This document shows positions 61,278 through 64,000 of a stretch of DNA of 64,000 bases, in pieces. The DNA is from Chara braunii. Taxonomy: Eukaryota; Plantae; Charophyceae. Made by a program: the position numbers and the translations under genes. The notes under the pieces were generated by a model. It was not told the origin of the DNA and did no database searches. It saw nothing but the letters and a program-made list of their open reading frames with translations. The stretch is from positions 493,289-557,288 of the forward strand of contig BFEA01000047.1 in NCBI GenBank assembly GCA_003427395.1. The letters run 5' to 3'. Position 1 is the first letter of the stretch; the number at the start of each line of letters is the position of its first letter.

Positions 61278-63844
61278 CCGACCGACTGTTGGACCACGTG
61301 GTGTGTTGAGTATAGGCAAGGCGGCCAGCGCTGCTCTACAGGTGACGGGGGCCAGCACGGAAGAAAGAGGGCTGGGAGATATGCTGGGTGCAGTGAGACA
61401 AAGGGCAGACGGGCGAACTGCGCAGAGCAAAGAGAGGCCAGCAAAAGCTGGCCGAACGTGGACGTAGGTCCCGCCAGATACATTCGCAGCAAGAAGGGTG
61501 ATGGCGGGGAGACAGGCAGGCCAAGTGTTAAGGCAGCAGAGAGAGAGAGGGAACGGGGCGGAGCGCTGCCGTAAAGAGGAGCGCAGTACAGAGCGTGACG
61601 AGCGCAGCGGGAGGTAGCGGGCGCTGCAGAAAGCGAAGGAGGATACCGGAGTGGAGTGCAGAGGCTGAGGCAACGGGTATCGAGCAGCGACGGAGAGGGA
61701 TTGGGGCGAGTAGATCGAATGGATCTGGGCGCATTTCCGCACCGGATTCATTCGAGAAGAGAAACTAATGGAGCAAACGGAGTGAGGGGGATGAACCGGG
61801 CCGGGGTTTAGCGCCAGATACATGCGGAAGAGGCGAAGAAACAAAACGAGGCTGACAAGCGGGGAAACGGGCGCAGATAGGGATAACAGGAAGACAGGGA
61901 AGTGAAAGTGGATGCAGGCGCAAATTTGCGCCAGGTGCATTCAACGAGAGAGATGACGATGGTGGGGGCCAGGCGCAGCGGAGAAGAGTAAAGCCCGCCC
62001 GATCCTGGACGAAAACGGGCAGGAGGAGTTTTGAAATAGGGGTTTGGGGGCCGGGCGAACGTGATTACGAGTTCAGTCCGGGTGTTAGAGGTGTAGGATG
62101 AGAAGTTAGTAGAAAAGTGGTGGCACGGGGCTATGGCGGGAACGAGGAAGAAGGAGATGGAGAAAGGTTACTCTGCCAACCTTCTGACGGAGTAGAATAG
62201 GAGTAGTAGTTAGGTGGGGGTTTTCGGTGTTTGCGAGTTAGACTATGAAGTTAGTTTTAGAAGTAAGTTAGTAGATTTAGAGATAGGGAGGAAAGTTCAT
62301 GCACGGAGATGGCGATGGGAGGGAAGAAGCGAGGGGTGAAACTGTGAATCTCGGCCGTTTCGTGATGAAAACGGGCGAGGGAGGATTCAATTTTGGGGTT
62401 TTCGGGGGTCGCGACCCCGATCGTGTAGTTAGTTTGGCCGAAGAGTTAGTAAATAGAAAGTTAGTGGGTAAGCAGAGGGAACTGGAAAACGAGTTGGCAA
62501 GGTGCNAATGCACCTAGCCTCATTTTGGCAGCAGATTCGTAACGAATTCGCTTGCCTAAAGAACGTCGGGATGGTAGCGTGTCTTTCTGCAATTTTTCGA
62601 TAGATTCATTTCGACTCAGAGGGAGAAGAAGACGAGATTGGACTCACCTGTCTAAGGGAGGCTGCGCCCGGGAGGAGCAGCCAGCCGTTGTATAAAGGAT
62701 GGAGTGAATCTACCCATATCCGCGGGGCAGATTTCGCACGTACCGTTGAGGCAGGCTGTACGAAGTCAGCCACGGGGCCGGCGGTATAGCCATGATAAAT
62801 CCCGCTGCCATCCGTTGTAACCCACATTTCCGATCGACTCACACCGGCCCTGTGTGACCATCAAGGTGTATGAAGGGGGCCGAACTGTTGTTAGTGAGGT
62901 CGGCATACCCTGGTAGACAGTCTCCAATTGATAAGTGTCGGGCTCATTGTTGTGACGACCGACCTGCAAACAAAAGGAGGGGGTGACTACACGAGAAGAG
63001 AGGGTGTGCAGGGAACGAGACATGCTTACCTGGCAAAAGAAAAGACTGACCGAGTGGGCTAAGAAGAGGGAGAGAGAGCTTGCCAACCACTGTGCGTTGT
63101 TGCGGCACCTATGGGCTATGCCCGGGCAGTTGATGTGGGTTGTTTTATGTCGCTGCGTACCGATGGTGACTGTTACAGGCAGTTCCGTGACAGCAGTCGG
63201 GCAGAGGAGTGTTGGGTCTCGAGGAGATGACTAGGCCTTGCGAGTAGGGGGTTTAGTGCTACAGGTCAGAGGGACGACGGACGCCCGACTTTGGCCGATT
63301 GACTCTGGAGATGAGCCAAGCTGTTACTATTTGGCTACCATTGCGGGGCCCTCAGGTGTGATAAGATACCAAGGCCCTCTCCTGCGAGTCTGAGCGCACC
63401 ATTCTTGGATCTGAGAGACTCACATCTTTCTTTTTCTGCCCTTCTTAATCTAAGTCTAGTCCTTGGTTATGAGAGGAAGGCGGCAGGTGGGATTGCAACC
63501 CGTAAGTCCGCGTCAAGACTCTGTGGGGAGTCCACCCACCGATTGCGGGAGCTCTGCCGGAACTCATGAGGAGTTATGGAGGAAGGGAACCTTCAGGTAA
63601 ATCATTTTTATCTGTATAAACCCCACTACTACCCATGTTTGCCTATCTCCCTGCAATATGATTGTTGTATGCATGCGTTTGTCCCTATGGTTTTTGCTTT
63701 CTCTTCAGGACCAAATCAGACTAACTGGAAANAATGTGTGAGAGTGAAGCCTAAGTTTCTATTTTGTTCTGATTGAAAGCAGACTAAGGATGAATTGGGG
63801 GAAGGTGGAAGGAAGGTAGACTGCATGCGTTTGACTGGGTCAAC

Positions 63845-64000
63845 CAAAGCCTTAGCATTGTTTCTACTGTGAATGGCTCAGGGCTATGTTTATTTGGATG
63901 TTTTCTGAAGGACCAGACATTGTTTCTACTGTGAATGGCCTGGTCGCTGTGTTTATTTGATTGTTTTCTGGGGAGCCAGGCATTGTTTCTACTGTGAATG
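63845..64000. repeat. Hairpin array of copy B (3 units visible), core cattgtttctactgtgaatg
   Basis: Cores at 63856, 63918 and 63981 with arms agccttag/ctcagggct and gaccag/ctggtc. Confidence 0.92.

Larger units (their letters stand above)
59476..64000 (+). mobile_element. Long non-coding repeat element, copy B (LSU rRNA-bearing, hairpin array); runs off the window end
   Basis: Homologous to the reverse complement of copy A (see findings); left boundary approximate. Confidence 0.6.

Overview
Eukaryotic, repeat-dense nuclear DNA. A streptophyte alga such as Chara is suggested by the plant-type RPS27 with multi-kb introns, abundant microsatellites, a chromovirus and a Penelope-like element with an N-terminal GIY-YIG domain; this assignment is an inference. 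The only intact gene found is the three-exon 40S ribosomal protein S27 gene (minus strand, 38533-44200). Recognisable mobile DNA: a decayed Ty3/Gypsy chromovirus (about 7.1-16.3 kb, minus), an LTR with a tRNA-Met PBS (16.7-17.0 kb), a Penelope-like element with hammerhead ribozymes and a locally inverted terminal repeat (44.8-51.5 kb), a MULE-like MITE, a hAT-like MITE, a Harbinger transposase relic and several satellites. The most unusual signal is a long, apparently non-coding repeat family present twice in opposite orientations (about 200-6980 minus, about 59480-64000 plus). Each copy carries (i) an array of hairpins with a constant loop and co-varying stems, where the loop is uniform within a copy but differs between copies, and (ii) a structured segment followed by duplicated, diverged fragments of an abundant cellular RNA: U6 snRNA in one copy, 25/28S rRNA in the other. 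All alignments were done by eye and reference RNAs were compared from memory.
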